From Candidatus Multivoradales bacterium (GTDB taxonomy: Bacteria; Acidobacteriota; Thermoanaerobaculia; Multivoradales; Multivoraceae), in NCBI GenBank assembly GCA_965223325.1, contig CBDCWI010000002.1, positions 2,752,001 to 2,816,000 on the forward strand: a stretch of 64,000 nt of DNA, read 5' to 3'. The translations under genes were made by a program, and so were the position numbers. Shown here piece after piece: positions 37,583 to 47,644 of the stretch. Within the stretch, counting starts at the first letter, position 1. Each line of letters starts with the position of its first letter. The notes under the pieces were generated by a model. That model searched no databases, was not told where the DNA came from, and was given only the letters and a program-made list of their open reading frames with translations.

Positions 37583-38593
37583 GTGCAGCTTCCACACCGA
37601 CCGGTTCGCGCGCTTGTATCCGTCGCGACAGCGGTCCTCGCGATCCTCTTGTTCGGCTGCAACCAAACGCGGGTGGTCACTACCCTTCGGCTCGGTCACG
37701 GTCTCGACACGAGCCATCCCGTGCACCAGGCGATGGAGCACATGGCGGACCGCCTGAGCGAACTGTCGCAGGGGGAGATGGCACTCGAGATCTATCCCAG
37801 CGAGCAACTCGGCAGCGAGCGCGAGTGCCTCGAGCTCCTGCAGATCGGCAGCCTCGATCTGACCAAGGTCTCGGCCGCCGTCCTGGAAGGCTTCGCACCC
37901 GACTACGCGGTGCTGGGCCTGCCTTACCTCTTTGACGACGCGGCGCACGCGGCTCGGGTATTCAATAGTGACGTTGGGCGAGAGCTGCTTGCTTCGACCG
38001 AAAAGGCGCGCCTGCGCGGTCTCGTGTTCTACGACGCCGGCAGCCGCAGCTTCTACAGCCGCGAGCAGCCGCTCGAGTCACCCGCCGATCTCGCCGGGCT
38101 CAAGATCAGGGTGCAGGAATCGGCCACCGCCATTCGCATGGTGGAGTCGCTGGGTGGCTCGGCCACGCCGATCTCCTGGGGCGAGCTCTATTCGGCGTTG
38201 CAGCAGGGGGTCGTTGACGGGGCGGAGAACAATCCACCGTCGTTTCACCTCTCGGGCCACTACCAGGTGTGTCGCCACTACACCCTCGACGAGCACACCT
38301 TCGTGCCCGACGTGCTCGTCATGGCGACCGAAACCTGGCAGCGCCTGTCTCCCGAGCAGAAGGGCTACGTCGAGCAGGCTGCCCGCGAGTCAGCCGAAGT
38401 GCAACGTGAGCTCTGGCAGCAAGCCACCGAAGAAGCCCTGACAGCCGTCGCCGAGGCCGGCGTCGAGATCATTCGCCCCGACAAGGAGCTCTGGCGAGTC
38501 GAAGTCGGAGCGCTCTACGACGAGACCAAGGTCGGACCGCTCGGCCCCTGGGTCGCCCGCATTCGCGCCGAGGGCACGGCGGCATCCCCATGA
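37583..38593 (+). CDS. dctP: TRAP transporter solute-binding protein
   Basis: LRLGH...HPVH, QLGSE, GLKIRVQ, ELYSALQQGVVDGAENN. Confidence 0.93.
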   Translation: MQLPHRPVRALVSVATAVLAILLFGCNQTRVVTTLRLGHGLDTSHPVHQAMEHMADRLSELSQGEMALEIYPSEQLGSERECLELLQIGSLDLTKVSAAVLEGFAPDYAVLGLPYLFDDAAHAARVFNSDVGRELLASTEKARLRGLVFYDAGSRSFYSREQPLESPADLAGLKIRVQESATAIRMVESLGGSATPISWGELYSALQQGVVDGAENNPPSFHLSGHYQVCRHYTLDEHTFVPDVLVMATETWQRLSPEQKGYVEQAARESAEVQRELWQQATEEALTAVAEAGVEIIRPDKELWRVEVGALYDETKVGPLGPWVARIRAEGTAASP

Positions 38594-39051
38594 AGCGCCT
38601 CTCAGCCCAGCGCGACCGACTGCTCGAGGCAGTGGTGGTGGTTCTGATGGCGGTCATGGTGACCGACGTCGTGTGGCAGGTCGCAACGCGCTTCCTGTTC
38701 GGCAAGCCGTCCTCGTTCACGGAAGAATTGGCGCGATTCCTATTGATCTGGATCGGGCTGCTCGGCGCCTGTATCGCCGCCCGGCGCAACCTCCACACCG
38801 GAATCGACCTGTTGGCAGGGCGACTCAGCCCCAAAGCAGCGCGGGGGGTGCGCACCGTCGCCGCTCTCGCGGTTGCCATCTTCGGTTTGTTCGTTCTGGG
38901 GCTGGGCGGCCTGCGCCTGGTCGAACTCTCGGCTCGTCTGGGACAGACCTCTGCGGCGCTTGGCATTCCCCTCGCCTGGGTGTACGCCGTCGTGCCGACC
39001 TCGGGTCTCCTCGTCGCCTGGATCGCTATCGACAACTGGCTGGAAGGCTGA
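38590..39051 (+). CDS. dctQ: TRAP transporter small permease
   Basis: QVATRF, TEELARFLLIW.GLLGA, SAALGIP. Confidence 0.92.
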   Translation: MKRLSAQRDRLLEAVVVVLMAVMVTDVVWQVATRFLFGKPSSFTEELARFLLIWIGLLGACIAARRNLHTGIDLLAGRLSPKAARGVRTVAALAVAIFGLFVLGLGGLRLVELSARLGQTSAALGIPLAWVYAVVPTSGLLVAWIAIDNWLEG

Positions 39052-39052
39052 C

Positions 39053-40360
39053 GTGGATCCGCTGGTCGTAGGCACACTCCTGGTGGTGTTCGCCGCTCTG
39101 GCAGCGGTGGGTGTTCCCATCGCCTTCGCGCTCGGCATGTCGGCAACCGCGGCACTCTTGTTTGCCGTTGCTCCGGTGCCAGCGGTGACCACCGTCGCCC
39201 AGCGCATCGCCACCGGCATCGACTCGTTCACCCTCCTGGCGATTCCGCTGTTCATTCTCTCGGGCCAGATCATGAACCGCGGTGGCTCGGCGACCCGACT
39301 GGTCGACCTTGGGCGCGCCCTTGTCGGTCGTCTTCCGGGCGGGCTGATGTGGGTCAACGTGGTCGCCTGCCTTCTGTTCGGCGCCATTTCGGGCTCAGCG
39401 GTCGCGGCCGCGGCAGCGATCGGTGGCTTCATGATTCCTGCCCTCGAGCGCGAAGGCTGGGGTCGCGATCGTGCCGCGGCAGTCAACCTGACCTCGGCAA
39501 CCACCGGCCTCTTGATTCCACCGAGCAACATCCTGATCGTCTACTCGCTGGCGTCAGGCGGCGTGTCGATTGCGGCGCTCTTTGTTGCCGGCTACGTCCC
39601 GGGCCTCCTCGTTGGCCTGGCGATCGGGGCGGTCGCCGCCTGGGGCGCCTTCAGGGAACGGCGAAAGGAGGCTCCCGCGCAGCGAACCCGTTCTGATGTC
39701 CGCCTCAGAACGGCCTTCGTGCGTGCCATCCCTAGCCTGCTCCTCATCGTCATCATCATGGGCGGCATCGTCGGCGGCGTCTTCACCGCCACCGAGGCTG
39801 CTGCGATTGCGGTGGTCTATGCCCTGGTTCTGGCTCTCGCTATCCATCGCGAGATCGGCGCCCGCGACCTCTACCAGATCACCCTCGATGCGGCCGCGAC
39901 CACCGGCGTCGTCATGCTGTTGGTGGGCGCTTCGATGGCACTCTCCTGGGTGCTTGCCTGGGAGCGCGTTCCGCAGGCGATCTCCAGCGCCCTGCTCGAC
40001 TCGGTCGACTCACCGCTCGCCATTCTGCTGGTGATGAACGTCGTGCTACTGGCGGTGGGCACGTTCATGGACATCACGCCGGCAGTTCTGGTGTTCACAC
40101 CGATCTTCCTGCCGGTGGCCACCGGGATCGGCCTCGACCCGGTGCACTTCGGCATCATCATGGTGCTCAATCTGTGCATCGGGCTGTGCACACCGCCGGT
40201 GGGTACCGTTCTCTTCGTTGGCCTGGGTGTGGGCGAAACCACGATCGAACGCATCCTCCCGAAGCTCGTTCCGCTGTGGCTGGCAATGATCGTCGCGTTA
40301 GTCTTGATCACCGCGTTCCCTGAATTGACCCTCTGGCTGCCGCGACTCTTGAACCTGTAG
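39053..40360 (+). CDS. dctM: TRAP transporter large permease
   Basis: DSFTLLAIPLF, FGAISGSAVA, LIPPS, FTATEAA, DPVHFG, TPPVG. Confidence 0.93.
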   Translation: MDPLVVGTLLVVFAALAAVGVPIAFALGMSATAALLFAVAPVPAVTTVAQRIATGIDSFTLLAIPLFILSGQIMNRGGSATRLVDLGRALVGRLPGGLMWVNVVACLLFGAISGSAVAAAAAIGGFMIPALEREGWGRDRAAAVNLTSATTGLLIPPSNILIVYSLASGGVSIAALFVAGYVPGLLVGLAIGAVAAWGAFRERRKEAPAQRTRSDVRLRTAFVRAIPSLLLIVIIMGGIVGGVFTATEAAAIAVVYALVLALAIHREIGARDLYQITLDAAATTGVVMLLVGASMALSWVLAWERVPQAISSALLDSVDSPLAILLVMNVVLLAVGTFMDITPAVLVFTPIFLPVATGIGLDPVHFGIIMVLNLCIGLCTPPVGTVLFVGLGVGETTIERILPKLVPLWLAMIVALVLITAFPELTLWLPRLLNL

Positions 40361-40445
40361 TACGGCTCTGGGTCGGCCTTGGACAACGCACCAACGAGAA
40401 ACGTCTCACAATGAGCTGCCCACGCGGGTCGCTTGGAGAACCGAC

Positions 40446-41948
40446 ATGATGAACTGGTTTCGCTTTAGTTTCCTGACGACTCTGGTACCCCTCGCGGCTC
40501 TTGCCGTGGCAGGATGCAAGAACACGGCGACTGCCACGGACAACCCGGCGTCCGCCAAAGACACGCCAATCGCGATCACCGACATCGTCACAACCGCGGT
40601 GGGCGAGGTACGTGGCACGGCCTCCGAGACCGATGGCATGGTTGTGCGGTTGTGGAAGGGGATTCCGTACGCAGCACCGCCGGTCGCGGACCTGCGCTTC
40701 AGAGCACCGCAGCCCGCGGTCGCCTGGTCGGGCGTGCGCGACGCAACCCGGTGGTCGAGCCGTTGCCCCCAGGGCCCGAGCAGCCTGGGCACCGGTGAGA
40801 TCAGCGAGGACTGCTTGACTCTCAACGTGAGTTCACCGGCTACCTCAACCTCGGACAGGTTGCCGGTGATGGTGTTCTTCCACGGTGGCGGCCTGACGAT
40901 CGGAACCGCAAACTCGGATACGTACAACAACGATGGCCTACCCCGGACCGGTGTCGTCCTCGTCAGTGTCAACAGTCGCCTGGGCCCGATTGGCTACATG
41001 GCGCACCCAGCACTGACAGCGGAGTCGGAGCACGGTGCGTCAGGCAACTACGGAACGCTCGATCTGCTGGCCTCATTGCGCTGGGTACAGGCGAATATCG
41101 AAGCCTTCGGGGGTGACCCGAACAATGTCCTCATCTTCGGTGAATCCGGAGGCGGCACCAAGACCCTCTCGGTCATGTCGTCGCCGCTTTCCCAGGGCCT
41201 CTTCCACAAAGCGATCATCCAGAGTGGCTCGGCTCTGGTTTCCCCCGAGCGGACCACGACGCTTCAGGTGGCCGAGGAAAGAGGCGAGAAGATCGCTGCC
41301 TGGCTTGGAATCGACGAAACAGAGGATGTCCTGGCGGCGTTGCGCGCCGCACCATGGGAGGACATCGTGGCGGCTGCTTCGGATCGAGACGTCGGCTATC
41401 GGTCGAATCTCACGGTCGACGGCTGGGTGCTTCCAGTATCCGTGAACGCCACCTTCACCGAGGGGAGGCAGCATGACGTTCCCTTGATCGTCGGTGCAAA
41501 CGCTGGCGAACGGTCGCTTCAGACCGACGTTCCAATGCTCGCCGAGCTACACAGCCAAACGGTCTCCTCGAACGCCTTTGTCTACAGCTTTTCGCACGTA
41601 CCGACGGGTTGGAAGAAGGATCGCTGCGTAGCCTTTCACGGAGTCGAGATTCCTTACGTCTTCGGAGCCATACCTGATGGACTGACTTCGCCGACCATCC
41701 TTCTCCTGGCAGAGCGCAGCGGCTGCGCCTCGGATGATCCCGGGATCGACGACCTCGATGCCGAGGTTGCCGAGAAGACGATGCGGATGTGGTCACAGTT
41801 CGCCCGCACTGGCGACCCGAGCGTCGAGGGACTTGTCGATTGGCCACCCTACAGCGAAGCGGACGCACGCTACCTCGATATCGGCGTCGATCTCGAGGTC
41901 AAGACCGGGGTCGAGAATGCCTACGTCGATCCGCCGGCCGGCGGTTGA
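40446..41948 (+). CDS. Type B carboxylesterase (lipoprotein)
   Basis: VAGC lipobox, GIPYAAPP, SEDCL, HGGG, GNYG, FGESGG, FHGVE. Confidence 0.92.
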   Translation: MMNWFRFSFLTTLVPLAALAVAGCKNTATATDNPASAKDTPIAITDIVTTAVGEVRGTASETDGMVVRLWKGIPYAAPPVADLRFRAPQPAVAWSGVRDATRWSSRCPQGPSSLGTGEISEDCLTLNVSSPATSTSDRLPVMVFFHGGGLTIGTANSDTYNNDGLPRTGVVLVSVNSRLGPIGYMAHPALTAESEHGASGNYGTLDLLASLRWVQANIEAFGGDPNNVLIFGESGGGTKTLSVMSSPLSQGLFHKAIIQSGSALVSPERTTTLQVAEERGEKIAAWLGIDETEDVLAALRAAPWEDIVAAASDRDVGYRSNLTVDGWVLPVSVNATFTEGRQHDVPLIVGANAGERSLQTDVPMLAELHSQTVSSNAFVYSFSHVPTGWKKDRCVAFHGVEIPYVFGAIPDGLTSPTILLLAERSGCASDDPGIDDLDAEVAEKTMRMWSQFARTGDPSVEGLVDWPPYSEADARYLDIGVDLEVKTGVENAYVDPPAGG

Positions 41949-42007
41949 GGGCAAGAAGGCCTGGATGCAGACGGCACCGGTTTCGAGAACGGTGCCCCAA
42001 CTGCGGA

Positions 42008-42676
42008 TCAGCATGGCTGGCGATCGCTCGAGCGCGGGCGATCGACGGCCGCCTCACGCACACGCTCGATCTCGCCCGCCGTGGCCATGGTGACTCCGAG
42101 GTCGCGCAACCGACCGTCGGCAAGCTGGTAGATCCAGCCGTGAAGGGTCAGTGACTGACCGCGCGCCCAGGCATCTTTAACGACGGCGGTGTGCGCGGTG
42201 TTCGTGACCTGCTCGATGACGTTGAGCTCACACAGGCGACTCATCTTTCGATCACCTTCGAGCGACTCGAGCAGCGTCGCGTTCCTTCTCTGCACTTCGA
42301 GGAGGTGCTGCAGCCAGTTGCCAATGGCGCCAGCCGGTAGCTCGCCGAGTGAGGTCTGGACACCGCCGCAGCCATAGTGGCCGCAAACGATCACGTGCGG
42401 CACCCGGAGCACATCGACGGCGTACTGCAGGACTGACATGCCGTTTGGGTCCTCTGGAGCAACGACGTTGGCGACGTTGCGGTGAACAAAAAGCTCACCT
42501 GGCGGCAGGTCGACGATTCCACTCGCCGGCACGCGACTGTCGGAACAACCGATCCATAAGAACCTCGGCGACTGTCCCGTGGCAAGCTTGTCGAGGAGAC
42601 CAGGGTGCGACAATTCGATCTGCTTGGCCCACGCTCGGTTGCGCTCGAGCAGAGCTTCTGGGGTGGTGGACTTCAT
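42008..42676 (-). CDS. can: Beta-class carbonic anhydrase
   Basis: GQSP, IGCSDSR, HRNVAN, CGHYGCGG; ATGA overlap with the MFS gene. Confidence 0.93.
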   Translation of the reverse strand: MKSTTPEALLERNRAWAKQIELSHPGLLDKLATGQSPRFLWIGCSDSRVPASGIVDLPPGELFVHRNVANVVAPEDPNGMSVLQYAVDVLRVPHVIVCGHYGCGGVQTSLGELPAGAIGNWLQHLLEVQRRNATLLESLEGDRKMSRLCELNVIEQVTNTAHTAVVKDAWARGQSLTLHGWIYQLADGRLRDLGVTMATAGEIERVREAAVDRPRSSDRQPC

Positions 42677-44034
42677 GATGACGCCCTCCGGCCCGCATCC
42701 CAGGCGAGCAGAGCCTGGCGGTCGCTTTCGTAGCGGCGCCCCGCAAGGTAGAAGAACGGAATTGCCAGCAGGCTGAGAATAGTGAAAGCGACCAGGGTCT
42801 TGGTGTAGGGGTCGGCGATGCCACGATCGCGCAGCGCGTCGACCAGAATGCCGCCCAGGGTGATGCCAACGCCGAGCCCGATGAGGTTGAGCGTCAACAT
42901 ATAGAACGCCACGACCGTGGCGCGAACGCGCGCCGGCACGAGCTCCTGCACGGTGGCGAAAGTCGGGCCATAGAAGGTCCCGAGCTGAAAGTAGCCGAGG
43001 AAGATGCCGATCCAGATGAATACGCTGTCGCCGGGGACCAGCCGGTAGGCGAGCCCAAAGGGCGCCATGGCAAGGCCTAGCCAGACCAGAAACATCGGCC
43101 GACCCTGGCCGGTCCGTTTGAGCCACCAGTCACCGGCGACTCCACCGACGAGGTTGCCAATCACGCCGCCGACCATGCCGACGATGCCGCTCCAGAGGGC
43201 GATGTGGGCGCGCTCGAAACCCCGCTCCTGCACCAGCCACAGCTGGTCGAAGGCGGCTGCACCGAGGATGAAGTGGTACGCGACGCCCCCGGCGATGGTG
43301 AATGAGAGGGCCGGGCAGCGGGTCAGCGCTCCCCAGATGGTCGATAGCAGGTCTCCCAGGCCTTCGCTCTCATGTTCGGCACGCGGACGGTTCGGTTCAG
43401 CCGCCCGCGCCTCGCGCCAACCTTTCGGAAAGCGCGGGTCGGGCACGAACGCCATGAAGACGGCGAAGACGATTCCGATCGCCCCGAGCAGATAGAAGCA
43501 GTTCCGCCAGCCGATCGCTGGCCCCAGCGCACCGGCAACGATCAAACTCGCGCCAACTCCGATTGGCACACCCATGTAGTAGACGCCACTGGCGAAACCG
43601 CGGCGCTCGGCCGGGAAGCGATCCGAGAGCAGCGAGAGTGCTGTCGGGGTGAGGGCCGACTCGCCGATGCCAATGAAGGCACGCGGAATGGCCAGCGTGA
43701 TGAACCCGGTCGCCGCCCCCGACAGGGCGGTCAGGCCACTCCACAGGGAAAGACCACCCGCAATCAGCCGTGGGCGATGCACCATGTCGGCGAGCGCGCC
43801 CATGAACAAGCCCATGACAGCGTAGAAGAGGATGAAGGCAAAGCCGGTCAGCAGTCCGTATTGCGTGTCGGTCAACCCGAGGTCCGGAACGATGAAGTTC
43901 GCAAAGCTCGCCAGCAGCTGGCGATCGACGAAGTTGAGGACATTGAGGATCGTCAGAAAGGCCAGCAAACGATAAGCCGCACCACTCGGGCGGTCGACAT
44001 CTTGCAAACTCAGCTCCTTCGGAAGTTGAGGCAC
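42673..44034 (-). CDS. MFS transporter (spinster-like)
   Basis: NFVDRQ, LGLTDTQYGLL, RAFIGIGE, GWRNCF; 12-TM pattern. Confidence 0.9.
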   Translation of the reverse strand: MPQLPKELSLQDVDRPSGAAYRLLAFLTILNVLNFVDRQLLASFANFIVPDLGLTDTQYGLLTGFAFILFYAVMGLFMGALADMVHRPRLIAGGLSLWSGLTALSGAATGFITLAIPRAFIGIGESALTPTALSLLSDRFPAERRGFASGVYYMGVPIGVGASLIVAGALGPAIGWRNCFYLLGAIGIVFAVFMAFVPDPRFPKGWREARAAEPNRPRAEHESEGLGDLLSTIWGALTRCPALSFTIAGGVAYHFILGAAAFDQLWLVQERGFERAHIALWSGIVGMVGGVIGNLVGGVAGDWWLKRTGQGRPMFLVWLGLAMAPFGLAYRLVPGDSVFIWIGIFLGYFQLGTFYGPTFATVQELVPARVRATVVAFYMLTLNLIGLGVGITLGGILVDALRDRGIADPYTKTLVAFTILSLLAIPFFYLAGRRYESDRQALLAWDAGRRASS

Positions 44035-44070
44035 AACCTACCCCACATCCCCCACCATCGAACGCCGGTG

Positions 44071-44988
44071 TTAGCGGTTGGCGGCGTAGAGCTCGTCGCG
44101 GGTCCCCGACGACAGCATCTTGCTGGGGAGCGGCCGCTCGAGAAAGTCCTCTAGGCGACGCGCCACCGCGCGCACCTTCTCGGTCGAGACGCCGGTCTCG
44201 AAGCCCATCTCGAGGCACATGTTGTTGAAGTCCTCGGTGGCGATGTTGCCGGAGGCTCCCCGCATAATAGGGCACCCGCCGAGTCCGCCGACCGAGGTGT
44301 CGAAAACCTCGACCCCTTCAGACAACGCCGCGTAGGCGTTCGCCAGACCGAGACCCCGGGTGTCGTGCAGGTGCATGCGAAGCGTCACCGAGGGTGTGGC
44401 CTCCTGAACTCGCCCGACCAGGCGGGCAATGAGGGGCGGGTGCCCGAGGCCGGCCGAGTCGGCGAGGCCGAGCTGCTCGATCCCGCAGTCGGCGAGTCGC
44501 CGCGCCAGCTCGACGATCACCTCGTCTTCGACCTGGCCTTCGAAGGGGCAGCCGAAAGTCGCCGCCAAGGTTGCAGCCACAGCGACCGGTGTCGAACTCT
44601 CCTGGGCCAAGGCTACGACTTCGGCCAGCTGCGCAACCGATTCGTCGACTGAGAGACCGACGTTCTTCTGGTTGTAGGTCTCCGTGCAGCAGATCACCTG
44701 ATGGATCCCCGAGACCTCGGCGGCCATCGCCCGCCGCGCTCCCTCGAGGTTCGGCACCAGGGCCCAGTAGGACACCGCGCGATCGCGCGAAAGCTTCTCC
44801 ATGACCGTGGCGGCATCGCGCATCTGCGGAATGACCCTGGGATGAACGAAGGAAACAGCTTCGATCTCTCGCAGCCCCGCTTCGGCCAGGGCTTCGATCA
44901 CCGACACCTTGAGCTCGGTGGGAATGAATCGTTCCTCCATCTGGAAGCCGTCGCGCGGACCGACGTCGATGAGCCGTACGGACTTCAT
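44071..44988 (-). CDS. HMG-CoA lyase family enzyme
   Basis: VGPRDGFQ, SFVHPRVIPQM, FGCPFEG, HLHDTRG, GLGGCP, GNIATED. Confidence 0.9.
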   Translation of the reverse strand: MKSVRLIDVGPRDGFQMEERFIPTELKVSVIEALAEAGLREIEAVSFVHPRVIPQMRDAATVMEKLSRDRAVSYWALVPNLEGARRAMAAEVSGIHQVICCTETYNQKNVGLSVDESVAQLAEVVALAQESSTPVAVAATLAATFGCPFEGQVEDEVIVELARRLADCGIEQLGLADSAGLGHPPLIARLVGRVQEATPSVTLRMHLHDTRGLGLANAYAALSEGVEVFDTSVGGLGGCPIMRGASGNIATEDFNNMCLEMGFETGVSTEKVRAVARRLEDFLERPLPSKMLSSGTRDELYAANR

Positions 44989-45016
44989 GGAAGCGGTGCC
45001 TTCACGGGAGAATCAC

Positions 45017-46213
45017 TCAAATGACGCCCTCGTCAGCAAGCGCACGGATCTCTTCGTCGCTCAGACCGAGGCTCGCGAACACCTCCTGGTTATGTGTCGC
45101 CACCGGCTGGCCCGGCCACTCGGTGCGCCCCGGAGTGCGCCCCAGTTTCGGCAGAATGGCGGGAATCTTGAGCGACTCGCCGTCTCGTATCTCGACTTCC
45201 TCGAACAACCCGCGCGCCTGGTACTGCGGGTCGACCATCATCTCGCGCACGCTGTAGATCGGACCCGACGGCACCTGGGCCTCGCGCAACACCTCCAGGA
45301 CTTCGTCCATGGTGAGCGTCGCGGTCCAGGCGGCAAGCGCATCGTCGATCTCTTGCTCATGCACCACCCGGTTCTCGTTGCCCTGGAACTTCGGATCCTC
45401 GGCCATCTCGGGGCGACCGGCGGCGCGCATCAGGCGCTGATAGATCGACTCACCGTTGCCCCCGATGATCACGTACTTGCCATCGCTGCAGCGGTAGGTG
45501 TTGGTGGGCACGATGCCGGTGATCGTCGACCCCGAAGGCTCGCGCACAACTCCGGCCCCGTCGTACTCCGGAACCACCGCTTCCATCATGTTGTAAACCG
45601 ATTCGAACAGCGCCGTGTCGATGTCCTGGCCGCGGCCGCTCTTCTGGCGCTCGAGGAGGGCAAGCAGGATTCCGAACGCCGCGTGCAGGCCGCTCAGCGA
45701 GTCGCCGAGGCTGAGGTTGGGGCGCATCGGGCGCTCGCCCGGCAGTCCATTGACGTAACGCAGGCCGCCAAAGCCCTCGCAAACCGAGGCATAGCCCGGC
45801 CGCGAGGCATAGGGGCCCGTCTGGCCATAGCCCGAGATGCGCGAGACGATCAGACCAGGGTTGTCCTCTCGCAACGAATCGGGAGAGAGCCCCCACTTTT
45901 CGAGAGTGCCGGGGCGAAAGTTCTCGAGCAGCACGTCGGCCGTGCCGATCAGCTTGCGCACCAGTTCGCGGCCGCGCTCTTCCTTGAGGTTGGCGGTCAC
46001 ACACTTCTTGTTTCGACCCAGGCTGTACCACCAGAAGGAAACGCCATCGCGGGTTTCTCGCCAGGTGCGGATGGGGTCGCCGTTCTTGGCTTCGACTTTG
46101 ATGACCTCGGCACCGAAGTACGCCAGGAGCGTGCCGGAGAAAGGCCCAGCCAACAGCTGGCCCATCTCGATGACCCGAGTGCCATCGAGCGGCCTGGTGT
46201 CCTCTACCCTCAT
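45017..46213 (-). CDS. Family III CoA-transferase (CaiB/BaiF)
   Basis: AGPF, GAEVIKVE, GDPIR, RNKK, ENFRPG, ISGYGQTGPY, catalytic Asp region SLGDS. Confidence 0.93.
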   Translation of the reverse strand: MRVEDTRPLDGTRVIEMGQLLAGPFSGTLLAYFGAEVIKVEAKNGDPIRTWRETRDGVSFWWYSLGRNKKCVTANLKEERGRELVRKLIGTADVLLENFRPGTLEKWGLSPDSLREDNPGLIVSRISGYGQTGPYASRPGYASVCEGFGGLRYVNGLPGERPMRPNLSLGDSLSGLHAAFGILLALLERQKSGRGQDIDTALFESVYNMMEAVVPEYDGAGVVREPSGSTITGIVPTNTYRCSDGKYVIIGGNGESIYQRLMRAAGRPEMAEDPKFQGNENRVVHEQEIDDALAAWTATLTMDEVLEVLREAQVPSGPIYSVREMMVDPQYQARGLFEEVEIRDGESLKIPAILPKLGRTPGRTEWPGQPVATHNQEVFASLGLSDEEIRALADEGVI

Positions 46214-46313
46214 TGCTGAAACCCCTTCCTTCCGCCAGGCGTTGGCCCCATTGCGGCAATCGCATGTTACGGGATGGAAGAAGACCGACGAGGACCGGAG
46301 CCCCGCCGCTCAA

Positions 46314-47519
46314 TCAGTCGAAGCAGCTTCCTTCTTCGGCGTAGAGCGGACCGTCATAGTGACCACGCGGTCGCATCAAGCGGCCTCGCTCGAGCTGCTC
46401 GATGGCGTGCGCAGTCCAGCCGGCTGAACGAGCGATGGCGAAGGTGGCGGTGAAGAGCTCCTTGGGCAGGCCAATCGCGTGCAGAAGAACGGCGGTTCCG
46501 AACTCGACGTTGGCGGCCAGGCGGAGGTGCGGCTTGCGCTCCCGAAGGATCCGCACCGCACACTCCTCGACCGAACGCGCCGTTTGCACGACTCGGGCCG
46601 CATGACTGGCGCCGTCGGACTGCGACATGAGGAGCGCCGTAGCCGCCGCCAGCACCTCGGCGCGCGGGTCGCGTACCCGGTAGACCCGATGACCGAACCC
46701 CATCAGGCGCTCGCCGGCGTCGAGGCGATGTTCAATCCAGGTTTGTGGGTCGCCGCTGTCTGCGATCTCCCGAATCATGTCGAGAACCGGGCCCGGTGCA
46801 CCACCATGCAGCGGTCCCTTGAGCGCACCGATCGCGCCGACCAGCGCCGACACCAGATCCGAATGGGTCGAAATCACCACGCGCGCGGCGAAAGTCGATG
46901 CATTCATGCCGTGGTCGACGACCGTGTTCAGGTAGGTCTCGAGTGCCCGCACTCGTTCGGAGGCCGGCTCCTCGCCGGTCAACATGTAGAGGTAGTTCGC
47001 CGCGTGTCCGAGGTCGGAACGCGGTGCGACGATCTCCTCGCCACGGGCGGCGCGCCCGCCAGCTGCGACGAGGGTTGGGAAGACAGCCAGGAGCGGCAGG
47101 GCGGCAGCGCGCGCCACCTCTGCCGGTGACGCACCTTCTTGTTCCTGGCTCAGGCCGAGATCTCGGGACACGCTCAGGCTGGCGACACCCATTCGCAAGA
47201 GCTCCATCGTTCCAACACCGCGGGCCGCCGCGCTCTCGATCAACGCCAGGGTGGGGGCAGGCACCGCGCGCCAGCTGGCCATCGTCCGGGTCCAGGCAGC
47301 GAGTTCGGCATCGGTCGCGTGTCGACCTTCGAGAAACAGAAAGACCACCTGTTCGAAGGAGTACTCCGGGGCCAGGGTGCCGACCGGGTAGCCGGCGAGA
47401 ATCAGTTCACCGAGCTCGCCGTTGACGCGGCTCAAGCGGGTTTCAGCTGCCACCACCCCTTCGAGACCAGGTTTGTAGTCGGAACCGGGGGTGGCTGCAT
47501 CTGCGGTGGTCGGCGGCAT
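46314..47519 (-). CDS. Citrate synthase / methylcitrate synthase family enzyme
   Basis: GLEGVVAAET, DHGMNASTF, GPLHGGA, GFGHRVY...DPRA, NVEF (Glu at the usual catalytic Asp). Confidence 0.9.
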   Translation of the reverse strand: MPPTTADAATPGSDYKPGLEGVVAAETRLSRVNGELGELILAGYPVGTLAPEYSFEQVVFLFLEGRHATDAELAAWTRTMASWRAVPAPTLALIESAAARGVGTMELLRMGVASLSVSRDLGLSQEQEGASPAEVARAAALPLLAVFPTLVAAGGRAARGEEIVAPRSDLGHAANYLYMLTGEEPASERVRALETYLNTVVDHGMNASTFAARVVISTHSDLVSALVGAIGALKGPLHGGAPGPVLDMIREIADSGDPQTWIEHRLDAGERLMGFGHRVYRVRDPRAEVLAAATALLMSQSDGASHAARVVQTARSVEECAVRILRERKPHLRLAANVEFGTAVLLHAIGLPKELFTATFAIARSAGWTAHAIEQLERGRLMRPRGHYDGPLYAEEGSCFD

Positions 47520-47577
47520 GGTGGGCTCCTCTTGGTTCTCGATTGCTCTCACTATTGTCGGGAGCCAGAAGGCCGAA

Positions 47578-47601
47578 ATCAATCTTGATCAATCAATCAA
47601 T
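47578..47601. promoter_or_regulatory. Candidate operator with ATCAA/TTGAT repeats
   Basis: atcaatcttgatcaatcaatcaat in the gap between the divergent citrate-synthase-family genes. Confidence 0.6.
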
Positions 47602-47644
47602 GTATCCTTGGAGTCGCGTCGATCGCCCGAAGAGAGGAGCGACC

